Part shown: positions 39,798 through 48,442 of the stretch, one piece after another
How positions within the stretch are numbered: position 1 is the stretch's first letter
How the letters are laid out: every line of letters starts with the position of its first letter
NCBI GenBank assembly: GCA_009786185.1
Contig: WQTS01000142.1
Location: 14,523-78,522 of the forward strand
From: Bacteroidota bacterium
GTDB lineage: Bacteria; Bacteroidota; Bacteroidia; Bacteroidales; WCHB1-69
DNA: 64,000 nt
Reading direction: 5' to 3'
The notes under the pieces: model-generated
The model's database searches: none
Seen by the model: only the letters and a program-made list of their open reading frames with translations
Told to the model about the DNA's origin: nothing
Made by a program: the position numbers and the translations under genes

Positions 39798-40204
39798 TAT
39801 AAATTAATGTTTTTTATCGCCTCTTCCCATTCATTGAAGAAGTTGTTTTTTGTACTTTTCTTTTTGTTTTTCTTTAAGTTATTAATAATAGAGTTTAGTT
39901 CTTTTATCTTGTTTTTATTAAATTTTGAAACAGCAACAATAACTCTACCAATAATGTCTTCTTTTTTCTTCTTTTCAGGAGATGGTATTGATACTCCTAT
40001 TTTTTCAGCAAATCTTGAAATATCTAAATTTTTTTCAAAAATTTTTTCATTCAAAAATAAAAATGGCAAAGAGCCTATTAATTCCTCTAATTCCTCTTTG
40101 TTGCTATTGTTTTTAGATGGAATATTTTGTCTTCTTTTAAAAATTTGTTCAATTTCTTCAATAATAGAAATCAACTCTTGTCTTGTATATTTATCTATAT
40201 TCAT
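39797..40204 (-). CDS. Hypothetical highly charged small protein (gene 2 of the operon)
   Basis: 135 aa, Lys/Glu-rich, starting 3 nt after the ParA-like stop. The position is that of a ParB/ParG-type adaptor, but I see no recognisable similarity. Confidence 0.5.
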   Translation of the reverse strand: MNIDKYTRQELISIIEEIEQIFKRRQNIPSKNNSNKEELEELIGSLPFLFLNEKIFEKNLDISRFAEKIGVSIPSPEKKKKEDIIGRVIVAVSKFNKNKIKELNSIINNLKKNKKKSTKNNFFNEWEEAIKNINL

Positions 40205-40206
40205 AA

Positions 40207-41157
40207 TTATATTGTATTTAAAATTTCAGTAGTCACATTTTTATACTCTGTCGCATATCTTTCTGTACTTGCATTTCGATAGAAATCCTCTAAAGAACTT
40301 ATATTATTTCCAATACTTCTAGCGACCATAACAGAATGACTTAGTTTACTTGTATATAATTTTCTTTTGCCACTTTGGGCAATACTTTCAATAATTTCGT
40401 TTGGCAAAGTAGATGTATTGTTTACCATGGTAAAAACAATGCCTAATGGTTGTAGATTATGACCATACGTATCTTCGTATTCTTTTAAACCTCTTTCAAG
40501 CATTGGCAATCCCAAAGAAGATAAATAGTCTGGTTTAATTGGTATTAAGTAGTGGGATGAAGCTAAATATGCACTAATGGTTAATACTGATAATGTAGGG
40601 GGGCAGTCATATAGTATAAAATCATATTCACTGCAATATGAGTTGATAAAATTTTTCAAATAATTCTCTGCACCTCTTTTGCTTGTTTCAAAATTAATCA
40701 ATTTAAGAGAAGAGGGCAATAAATCTAATTTAGAACCATTTTCAAAATTTTTAATATTTATAATATAATCACTTATGTTTATTGTTAGAGACTTTTTCTG
40801 TGATACTCCTGCTAAATCAACATCTTCTTCTTTATCTGGCATCAATATGTCATATACTGTTTTGTTGACTTTAAAATGATTTAATATATCTTTTTGATTA
40901 ACAAGATATTGTGTTGCATTAAATTGCGGATCAATATCAACTATTAAAACCTTCTTTTTCTCAAATTTAGATAAAACATATGCAAAATTAGTTGACAATG
41001 TTGTCTTGCCAACTCCTCCTTTCATGTTTACGATCATTATTCGCTTTTGTCCTTCCATAAAATTAAGGGGCACAAAACACTCTATCCCTAAAAGAGTATT
41101 TATTTTTACCTGATTTTCAATATTTTCCCGATTTTTCGACTTAAAACAAAGTATCAT
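40207..41157 (-). CDS. ParA/MinD/Soj-type deviant Walker-A ATPase
   Basis: IMIVNMKGGVGKTTLSTNFAYVL, VLIVDIDPQ, and ILYDCPPTLSVLT. The true start may be the ATG at 41058 (MEGQKRIMIV). Confidence 0.8.
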   Translation of the reverse strand: MILCFKSKNRENIENQVKINTLLGIECFVPLNFMEGQKRIMIVNMKGGVGKTTLSTNFAYVLSKFEKKKVLIVDIDPQFNATQYLVNQKDILNHFKVNKTVYDILMPDKEEDVDLAGVSQKKSLTINISDYIINIKNFENGSKLDLLPSSLKLINFETSKRGAENYLKNFINSYCSEYDFILYDCPPTLSVLTISAYLASSHYLIPIKPDYLSSLGLPMLERGLKEYEDTYGHNLQPLGIVFTMVNNTSTLPNEIIESIAQSGKRKLYTSKLSHSVMVARSIGNNISSLEDFYRNASTERYATEYKNVTTEILNTI

Positions 41158-41379
41158 ATTACTTTAATTTTGCTTTAATTTATTTGCCCGATTTTAGGCA
41201 TTACTTTAACTTATCTTACATTTATTGTAGCTAACCTTTAAGTTTTGCGTAAAAACCGCTAAAATGGGCGTTTTGCACTGTTTTTGCGTGATAGCTTTGC
41301 ACTGCAAATAAACACTTTTTATCTAAATTTAAACACTACTTTTTACCGATTAAAAACCGTTTAAAACATCCATTTTTTG

Positions 41380-41427
41380 TAACAGACTTACAACACACTT
41401 ACATAACAGACTTACAACACACTTACA
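41380..41427. repeat. Perfect tandem duplication of a 24-bp unit (candidate transposase-binding sites near the prophage left end)
   Basis: TAACAGACTTACAACACACTTACA x2 (41380-41403 and 41404-41427). Upstream there is also TAAAAACCG(C/T)T(A/T)AAA at 41250 and 41351, and four TTTTGC(G/A) motifs at 41243-41305. Confidence 0.8.
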
Positions 41428-41641
41428 AGAAGTGTATAAAAAAACAACCTTTAACATACATATACATACGTTCTTTTAGCTAAAAAACGGCTTAAATCGA
41501 GTGAGCGTTACCCTATATTACGCATGAGTTTACCCATGTTTTTATATGTAAGCCTCTAAAAGCAAACAAAATAACGTATTTTAATGTGCGTGCGTGCTTT
41601 TTTATCTGTAAAAGCGATATGGATGTGCTCACGCATGCGTG

Positions 41642-42298
41642 CTATGACTCTTGTCTAATTACACCCAAAACAATAGCTATAGCATATATTTTACTTTTAT
41701 GCAATGGGAAAGGATCATATTTTGGATTATCAGAAACAATAGTTAAAGTATCTTCTGTTTCGCCCTTTTTTATTCGCTTAACCAATGCGCCCTGTTCGGT
41801 ATCCAATACATATACTTTATTCCACTGGAAAAATGTATCCAATGGCAGTTTTTTACACGCAACAATATCACCTGAATTATACTTGGGGTACATAGAAGAT
41901 CCTTTGACGGATATTAGAAATTCGGCTTCTTTAAACACTGGAATAACAAAACGCTCACATTCATGTTCTAAAACTTGTGCACCCCCAGTTCCATAGCCTG
42001 CCATTGCGCTAATGGGAATTAGCGGAATTCCGTCATTTCCATTGGTAGGTACCATATTTTTTGCGGTAATATCATTCCGCAGCATATTGCCGGTACCAGT
42101 AAGTAACCAATCGGATGAAATTTCTCCAAAAACAGATAAAATTTCAGCTATTTGAGTGCCTCCAAATTCGCTTTCTAACGACTTTCCTTTTATATTTGCA
42201 TAAGAAATTCCTGTTTTTTCACAAAACAACTGCTTTGTAATTCCCAAATATTCAATATATTGTAATATTCTCTCTTTGATGGGTGAAATTTTATTCAT
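41642..42298 (-). CDS. Phage repressor (XRE-type HTH plus S24 LexA-like peptidase domain)
   Basis: N-terminal HTH (ILQYIEYLGITKQLFCEKTGISYANI). C-terminus VKGSSMYP...GDIV...VKRI provides the Ser/Lys dyad. Confidence 0.8.
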   Translation of the reverse strand: MNKISPIKERILQYIEYLGITKQLFCEKTGISYANIKGKSLESEFGGTQIAEILSVFGEISSDWLLTGTGNMLRNDITAKNMVPTNGNDGIPLIPISAMAGYGTGGAQVLEHECERFVIPVFKEAEFLISVKGSSMYPKYNSGDIVACKKLPLDTFFQWNKVYVLDTEQGALVKRIKKGETEDTLTIVSDNPKYDPFPLHKSKIYAIAIVLGVIRQES

Positions 42299-42379
42299 AA
42301 ATTTATTTAATGTATGAAATTTTATCTATTTTTGTCGCCGAATTAACACGGTTAAAACCGCCACAAAAATAAAAAAATA
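42299..42379. promoter_or_regulatory. Divergent early promoter/operator region between the repressor and Ner-like genes
   Basis: The assignment is positional only, by analogy with the Mu c/ner switch. I identified no operator sequences. Confidence 0.4.
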
Positions 42380-42568
42380 ATGAATAAGATTAGCAAAGTT
42401 AAAATGAAGGTAGGCACGCGGAAACAAATTGCCGATGCCTTTAATGTTTCTGTAACTACAGTTAGCCTCGCTGCAAGTGGTATTACGCAAAGCGAATTAG
42501 CCGATAAAATTCGTAAGGCGTGTGTAAACGCTGGCGGCGATCCGATTTATGAGAGTATTAACCAGTAA
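42380..42568 (+). CDS. Small HTH protein, Ner/Cro-like
   Basis: 62 aa. RKQIADAFNVSVTTVSLAASG resembles an HTH. It is divergent from the repressor. Confidence 0.5.
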   Translation: MNKISKVKMKVGTRKQIADAFNVSVTTVSLAASGITQSELADKIRKACVNAGGDPIYESINQ

Positions 42569-42973
42569 AATATATGTATTATGATTAAAGTAGAAATTAA
42601 AATGCTTTTGAATGATCTTACTCCAAGCATAGAAAAAAAAATCTTCTTTTTAGGGATATTAATCCTTAAAAAGAAATGCTTCGGACATAAAACCGATAGG
42701 GGTTCAGTTGAAATTAATACAAGTTGCTAACTCATTCTCTGTGATTGTTTTAAAAGTTCCGATAAATAAGAATCAATGGATTTCATGTTAATATCACCCG
42801 GTTTTTCTAATTTTTCAACTCGTTTAGCGAGTACCGCAATCATAGCGACAATTTCATCATTTGAATACATACGTGTAAATTTTAAAGTTTGGCAACGCGA
42901 AATTACACAAATTTTCCCGAACGGTTTTTCTCCGGTTCGATTCCGGAGCGGGAGCTAAAAAAGAGTAATAATT

Positions 42974-45040
42974 ATGGTACTGTTCAACTATAACGGAAAT
43001 TTGGCTTTAGAGAGTAGGTGGCTATGGGATAATGGTGTTATTAGCAGGAATAATTACGATATTCGTGTTAATAGAAAGTCTATCACCGTTCTACAACGTT
43101 CCGCTCCCGGCTGTCCCGCCATTATTAGTTACGAATCTCTGCCATATAATATAAAGGATAAAATTAGCACAAAGTTGCAAGAGCTGGGCGAGTTATCGGC
43201 TATTGGTACCAATGCGAATGTACCCATTGAAAAGCAACCCCAACCTTGTTTCTTTGAAAGGTATATAAAACCGGATCCTGCCGCGTTGGAATTTTACGCA
43301 AAATATCCACCGGAAAAAGCGTTGGAATATCACACCAATGCAATTATACTTAACGCATTTCGCGACTTGCTGAGTGAGCGCACGAGTGTTCGCGCTGCAA
43401 AAGGCTCAAGAAGCGTTAAAAGAAGCGGTGTGTTTGCTTCCGTTTTGGGCGATCTTAAATTATTGGACAGAAAAAAGTATCCACACACGCTACCCCTTAG
43501 TGATCGGAACCTAAGGCCCAAGTATCAGGAATATATAAAGGATGGCTACAAATCATTAATACACAAGAATACGGATAATAACTATGCCCGAATAGTAACG
43601 GCTGACATTGAACGGATTTTAATGAGTTTAGCCGTTGCAAGCAATAATCCTTATGCGGAATGGGTTCATGGGCAATATTGCCAATTCTTGTCCGGCGAAA
43701 TTGATGTTGTGGATGTAAAGACAGGCGTACTGTTTAACAGGGAGGAGTTTTGCAATGATAAGGGTGAACCCAGCTACATTAGCGAATCTACCGTATGGAA
43801 TTATCTGAACAATCCCGCGAACAAAGCTGTTATTGATAGTATTAGATTGGGGTACCATCAGTTTGGAGCCTTGGCGCGCCCACACTATCACAGAGAAAAC
43901 GCCCGGTACAGTTTGAGTAAGGTTAGCCTTGATGACAGGGATTTGCCGCGCAAAATGCACGATGGCAACCGCGTAAAAGCATACTATGCCTATGATGTAC
44001 ACAGTGGTGTTCTTATTGGCGCCTGCTATTCAAGAAAAAAAGATACAGATTTGTTTGTAGGCTGTTTGCGCAATATGTTCCGCAATCTTGATGAAATGAA
44101 TTTAGGGCTTCCGCTTGAAATGGAAGTAGAAAACCACCTTGTACGCCAGTTTGAAGATGACTTGCTCAAAGCCGGCAACTTGTTCCCCTTCGTTCGTTGG
44201 TGTGCACCTACCAACTCGCAGGAAAAGCACGCAGAGCAATTTAACAGGCAAAAGAAATACGGATACGAAAAACGCTATCAGGATGGAATAGGCCGCTTTT
44301 ATGCCAAACTTGACGTTAACAGAACCAATGGCGAGCGGGTTTATAACGAAGTAACCGATCGCTACGAAATTAAAACAAAAACATACAGCTACGAGCAGTT
44401 AGTTGCCGACGATCTACTTACGGTAAAAGAATATAACGAGGGTTTGCACCGCGACCAAAAGAAGTATCCGGGCAAAAGCCGCATGCAGGTATTTCTTGAA
44501 AACCTTAACAAAAGTTTGGTGCCAATAAATCGTCCGTTACTACTGCGTTATATCGGGAATTGCACTACCACAAGCGTACAGCGCAACCAATATGTACAGG
44601 TTCAATATGCAGATTACCAATTATCATCACCGGAAGTATTACGCAGGCTAAAACCCGGTAATTATAACGTAAATGCGTACTGGTTATCTAACGCCAAAGG
44701 TGCAATCAGTGAGGTTTATCTCTACCAGGGTGATGAATTTTTATGCAAAGCAGATCAGATAGAAAAGTTTACCACTGCAAAAGCTGAATGGCAGGATGCC
44801 GACAGTACAGCAATGTCGGGCCAGGCACAATATATTACATCATTTGACAAAACAGTAAAGAACGGCAGAGAATCGCTCGCCAAGACGCGAATTTTGCCCA
44901 AAACAAACTACGAAGAAATCATACCGGTAATAGAAGAAGTGGGACCGGTAGCCGAATCTCATTTTGCTTTTGATTTGGACAGGTTAATGGATAAATACCA
45001 AAGTGAAGACTACAAAGAGAGGTGCATTGAAGCAGTTTAA
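42974..45040 (+). CDS. Mu-like DDE transposase (rve/RNase H-fold core)
   Basis: 688 aa. The candidate acidic triad regions are SLDDRDL, AYDVHSG and EMEVENH. It sits directly upstream of a MuB-like ATPase. Family assignment is from context and architecture. Confidence 0.7.
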   Translation: MVLFNYNGNLALESRWLWDNGVISRNNYDIRVNRKSITVLQRSAPGCPAIISYESLPYNIKDKISTKLQELGELSAIGTNANVPIEKQPQPCFFERYIKPDPAALEFYAKYPPEKALEYHTNAIILNAFRDLLSERTSVRAAKGSRSVKRSGVFASVLGDLKLLDRKKYPHTLPLSDRNLRPKYQEYIKDGYKSLIHKNTDNNYARIVTADIERILMSLAVASNNPYAEWVHGQYCQFLSGEIDVVDVKTGVLFNREEFCNDKGEPSYISESTVWNYLNNPANKAVIDSIRLGYHQFGALARPHYHRENARYSLSKVSLDDRDLPRKMHDGNRVKAYYAYDVHSGVLIGACYSRKKDTDLFVGCLRNMFRNLDEMNLGLPLEMEVENHLVRQFEDDLLKAGNLFPFVRWCAPTNSQEKHAEQFNRQKKYGYEKRYQDGIGRFYAKLDVNRTNGERVYNEVTDRYEIKTKTYSYEQLVADDLLTVKEYNEGLHRDQKKYPGKSRMQVFLENLNKSLVPINRPLLLRYIGNCTTTSVQRNQYVQVQYADYQLSSPEVLRRLKPGNYNVNAYWLSNAKGAISEVYLYQGDEFLCKADQIEKFTTAKAEWQDADSTAMSGQAQYITSFDKTVKNGRESLAKTRILPKTNYEEIIPVIEEVGPVAESHFAFDLDRLMDKYQSEDYKERCIEAV

Positions 45041-45073
45041 AATATGATTAAATAACAATTAAAACACCAAAAA

Positions 45074-45955
45074 ATGAATTTAAACAAGAACTTAAAAGAA
45101 AAAATTGTAGCGGCGATGATAGAGCGCCGCAGAAACTTTGAAGGCAGTGATGCTAAATTTGCAACTACGTTAGGCATTAGTTCCTCACAGTACAGCCGTA
45201 TTACTAATGGCGAACTGGATAGGGTGATAAGTGATCCCAACTGGATAAGCATTGCCCGGAAACTGGATGTAACGCTTAATAATCTCCCGGAGTGGAAAAC
45301 TGCACGGACACCGGTATATGAATTTGTAACCGGTCAATTGGCTTTTTGCCAAGAAAACGCCGCGAGCCGTATGCTGTGCGATGTAGCGGATATTGGCAAA
45401 ACCTATACTGCAAAGTGCTATGTGAAAGCAAATAAAAACGCTGTTTATATAGACTGCAGCCAGGTAAAGAGCAAACAGAAATTGATTAGAAATATTGCGA
45501 AAGAGTTTGGGGTTGGACATACCGGAACGTATGCCGATGTGTATGCGGATTTGGTGTTTTATCTGCGTTCACTGCCCCAGCCTCTCGTAATACTTGACGA
45601 AGCGGGCGATCTTGACTATGCTGCTTTTTTGGAGCTAAAGGCATTATGGAACGCAACGGAGCGCTGCTGCGGTTGGTACATGATGGGCGCCGATGGATTG
45701 AGAGAAAAGATACGCCGCAGCATAGAGTTTAAAAAAGTAGGTTACGCTGAGTTATTTAGCCGCTATGGCAGCCGTTACCAAAAAGCAAGCCCGGACAGCG
45801 AGCGTGATATGCAGGATTTTAAAACAGTGCACGCTGCCCTGATTATCAAAGCCAATGTTGGGAATGAAGTGGATATACAGAGTTTGATTGCTCGATCTGA
45901 TTTTTCACTACGTAGAATTTACGATGAAGTAAACAAAATAAGCGCAAAGGCATGA
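45074..45955 (+). CDS. MuB-like transposition ATPase (N-terminal HTH plus AAA domain)
   Basis: HTH (FATTLGISSSQYSRITNG), Walker A-like DVADIGKTYTA, and Walker B LVILDEAGD. Confidence 0.7.
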   Translation: MNLNKNLKEKIVAAMIERRRNFEGSDAKFATTLGISSSQYSRITNGELDRVISDPNWISIARKLDVTLNNLPEWKTARTPVYEFVTGQLAFCQENAASRMLCDVADIGKTYTAKCYVKANKNAVYIDCSQVKSKQKLIRNIAKEFGVGHTGTYADVYADLVFYLRSLPQPLVILDEAGDLDYAAFLELKALWNATERCCGWYMMGADGLREKIRRSIEFKKVGYAELFSRYGSRYQKASPDSERDMQDFKTVHAALIIKANVGNEVDIQSLIARSDFSLRRIYDEVNKISAKA

Positions 45956-46572
45956 AACGAGCATTGTCGGTTAGAGATATAATGACTAAAAAATATGAGA
46001 CTATTCCGTTTACCGGGCAGTGGTTGGAGGCGTTTGGTATGCCGGAGCGTACAGGCGTGTGGATTATTTGGGGTAACAGCGGAAATGGCAAGAGTACTTT
46101 TGCTTTGCAACTATGTACGGAACTGTGCAAGCATGGCAAAGTACTCTACAACTCGCTTGAGGAGGGCAGCTGCTTAACATTCCGAAAAAGACTCGAATTA
46201 GTTGCCGGTGATATGGATGGTAAACGCTTCAATGTAGTAAGTGAGTCGGTGGATGAACTGTCGAAAAGGCTATTGCGCCAGCGTAGCGCCGATTTTGTAG
46301 TGATTGACAGTTTCCAATACAGCGGTTTAAGTTATCCTGCATACAGGCAATTCAAAGACAAGCACCCCAATAAACTACTCATATTCATAAGTCATGCTGA
46401 AGGGAGCCGGCCGGCCGGCAGGAGTGCAAAAAGTGTGTTATATGATGCCTCGCAGAAAATTTGGATTGAAGGCTTTAAAGCAATTTCAAACGGCCGCTCA
46501 ATAGGTGCAAATGGTGGTACTTATACTATTTGGGAAGATAGTGCAATGGTGTTTCATGGGTGTAAATCTTAA
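45952..46572 (+). CDS. P-loop NTPase (RecA/DnaB-C-terminal-like fold)
   Basis: IWGNSGNGKST (Walker A) and FVVIDSFQ (Walker B). It overlaps the MuB-like stop by 4 nt. Confidence 0.5.
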   Translation: MKRALSVRDIMTKKYETIPFTGQWLEAFGMPERTGVWIIWGNSGNGKSTFALQLCTELCKHGKVLYNSLEEGSCLTFRKRLELVAGDMDGKRFNVVSESVDELSKRLLRQRSADFVVIDSFQYSGLSYPAYRQFKDKHPNKLLIFISHAEGSRPAGRSAKSVLYDASQKIWIEGFKAISNGRSIGANGGTYTIWEDSAMVFHGCKS

Positions 46573-46583
46573 AAATTAGAATT

Positions 46584-47264
46584 ATGAAACTAAAAAACGA
46601 AAAAGGACAATTTATAAAAGCAGACTGGACACAGGAGGACATGAATATTCTTGTGGAACTATATCCTAATACATTAACCTCAGAAATAGCTAATATATTG
46701 GGCGTAGGGCTTTACCGTGTAAGAAATAAGGCGCATAATTTAGGTTTGAAGAAAAGCGCGGCATTTAAGAGCATGACCGGTAAAATGTCATCAAATAATC
46801 CTAAAACTATTGCAAGCAGATTTAAGAAAGGTAATATTCCCGGAAACAAAGGTAAAAAATATGTTGAATACTTGAGCGCAGAAGCGATTGAGAGATGTAA
46901 AGTTTCGCAATATAAAAAAGGGAATTTGCCTCACAATACAAAAGAAATAGGCTATGAAAGAATAGATAAGGAAGGGTATATTCTTGTTAAAACAGAATTG
47001 CGCGGCAAACTAAAATTGAAACATAGAGAAGTTTGGAAGCAACATTATGGAAATATTCCCAAAGGGCACAATGTGCAATTCAAGGATGGCAACCGCCAAA
47101 ACTGTAACATTGAGAACTTATACATAATACCTCGAAAAGAGCAGGTTGTACAAAACTCTATTCTAAATCTACCTCCGGAAGTACGAACTGCCTATAGAAT
47201 GATTGGAAATATAAAAAAAGAAATTAATAAACAAACGAAAGGAGCAAAAAATGAAACAAATTAG
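46584..47264 (+). CDS. HNH homing-type endonuclease
   Basis: GYILVK...HREVWKQHYGNIPKGHNVQFKDGNRQNCNIENL (HNH_3-like). Confidence 0.6.
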   Translation: MKLKNEKGQFIKADWTQEDMNILVELYPNTLTSEIANILGVGLYRVRNKAHNLGLKKSAAFKSMTGKMSSNNPKTIASRFKKGNIPGNKGKKYVEYLSAEAIERCKVSQYKKGNLPHNTKEIGYERIDKEGYILVKTELRGKLKLKHREVWKQHYGNIPKGHNVQFKDGNRQNCNIENLYIIPRKEQVVQNSILNLPPEVRTAYRMIGNIKKEINKQTKGAKNETN

Positions 47265-47523
47265 CATTGACGGTTTAAATCTTCAACTTTTTGAAGCAAT
47301 TGAGATGTTAAAAAACAACACAGATCCAAAGGCATCTGAAAATGAAAAAATTAGTGTTGAAGCAGCTGAAGCCATTGCCGAACTTGGAAAAGTTATAGTA
47401 TCAGGAATCCGAATACAGGCAGATGTACTGAAATATGTTTCGAGTGCGCAAAATCCTGACTTAGTGAAACAAATTTTAGCTAATAATGATACGCTTCAAT
47501 TGATGCCAAAAAAAGGAGACTGA
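47251..47523 (+). CDS. Hypothetical phage early protein
   Basis: 90-aa ORF with start/stop overlap with its neighbours. Confidence 0.4.
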   Translation: MKQISIDGLNLQLFEAIEMLKNNTDPKASENEKISVEAAEAIAELGKVIVSGIRIQADVLKYVSSAQNPDLVKQILANNDTLQLMPKKGD

Positions 47524-47525
47524 TA

Positions 47526-48017
47526 ATGAACCTAACCCCTAATCCCCTTACCACCCAACAAAATCGCTATATATATTGGCTCTTTGGTCAATTAGGCGTA
47601 AAGGATAAAAATGCCATTACCGAAATAGTGCGCGATTTTACCAACAAAAGAACCGGCAATACGGGTGAATTGCAGTTTATGGAGGCGCAACGTTTAATAA
47701 AATACCTTAACGGCATAAGAATAAACAAAAAATTTACAAAATCGGAATTGACAGACAAGTGGGGAAGCGATGCCGAGCGTGCGCAACTTGACAAAAAGCG
47801 TAAAGGGCTACTAAAGGCAATATTCCGTTGGTTTGAGTTGCAGGGCAAGGTTGTCGATATGGATTACGTAAAGGGCGTTGCTTGCAGGGCTGCCGGCGTG
47901 CGCAATTTTAACGAAATAAGTACGGAAGCACTCACGCGATTGTATGCTGAATTTTGCCGCAAGCAGCAAGCTATTGAAGCTATGCAAGCGGATAACTTTG
48001 AAGTATGTTTAAATTAA
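47526..48017 (+). CDS. GemA/gp16-like (DUF1018-like) phage regulatory protein
   Basis: QQNRYIYWLFGQLGV...TGNTGELQFMEAQRLIKYL resembles the DUF1018 pattern. The position matches Mu gemA. Confidence 0.45.
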   Translation: MNLTPNPLTTQQNRYIYWLFGQLGVKDKNAITEIVRDFTNKRTGNTGELQFMEAQRLIKYLNGIRINKKFTKSELTDKWGSDAERAQLDKKRKGLLKAIFRWFELQGKVVDMDYVKGVACRAAGVRNFNEISTEALTRLYAEFCRKQQAIEAMQADNFEVCLN

Positions 48018-48208
48018 TCTTAAGAGCCATGGAAAAGAAATACACCCGATATTACCTTCACCGGAAAGCCAAAAAAGAAGGCTTTAAAGTTGACGCACGC
48101 AAAAGGATTGTTTTCTGCCAATTATATGATGTTGTCAGTGATGCTGCCAATTTCTATCTGAAAAAATTAGTTGAAAAATACAGATACACCATACAATTAG
48201 AATTTTAA
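48005..48208 (+). CDS. Hypothetical small basic phage protein
   Basis: 67-aa ORF in the operon context only. Confidence 0.3.
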   Translation: MFKLILRAMEKKYTRYYLHRKAKKEGFKVDARKRIVFCQLYDVVSDAANFYLKKLVEKYRYTIQLEF

Positions 48209-48219
48209 ACCGAAACATT

Positions 48220-48429
48220 ATGACATTAGTAGATTATTATCCAAATAGAAGCCGCCTTGATTTCATCGCGTCCGATGGAATGCCTGGCGGTGGTATTAAC
48301 GGAAATCTCGCCCACCTTAAAGCGGCGGAACTTCTAATATCAGGCAATGCCATTGTGCGCTATTGCCTTGACAGTAAAATGAACAATCACAAGATTGACA
48401 AAACTCGTAAAAACAAAGTTAAACCCTAA
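48220..48429 (+). CDS. Hypothetical small phage protein
   Basis: 69-aa ORF in the operon context only. Confidence 0.3.
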   Translation: MTLVDYYPNRSRLDFIASDGMPGGGINGNLAHLKAAELLISGNAIVRYCLDSKMNNHKIDKTRKNKVKP

Positions 48430-48442
48430 AAAGATTAAAGCT

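Noticed and set aside
41380-41427. The tandem 24-bp repeat could be a mini CRISPR array.
   Set aside because: There are only two directly abutting identical units with no spacer, no further repeats and no cas genes. Its position next to the Mu-like repressor fits transposase or regulator binding sites better.
41586-41996. A 136-aa plus-strand ORF overlapping the repressor gene.
   Set aside because: It is antisense to a well-supported HTH-S24 repressor, it is Cys/Ser-rich, and it has no recognisable features.
42931-42955. A possible tRNA gene (T-arm plus acceptor 3' strand).
   Set aside because: No complementary 5' acceptor strand, D-arm or anticodon arm can be formed from the upstream 60 nt, so it is only a tRNA-like fragment.
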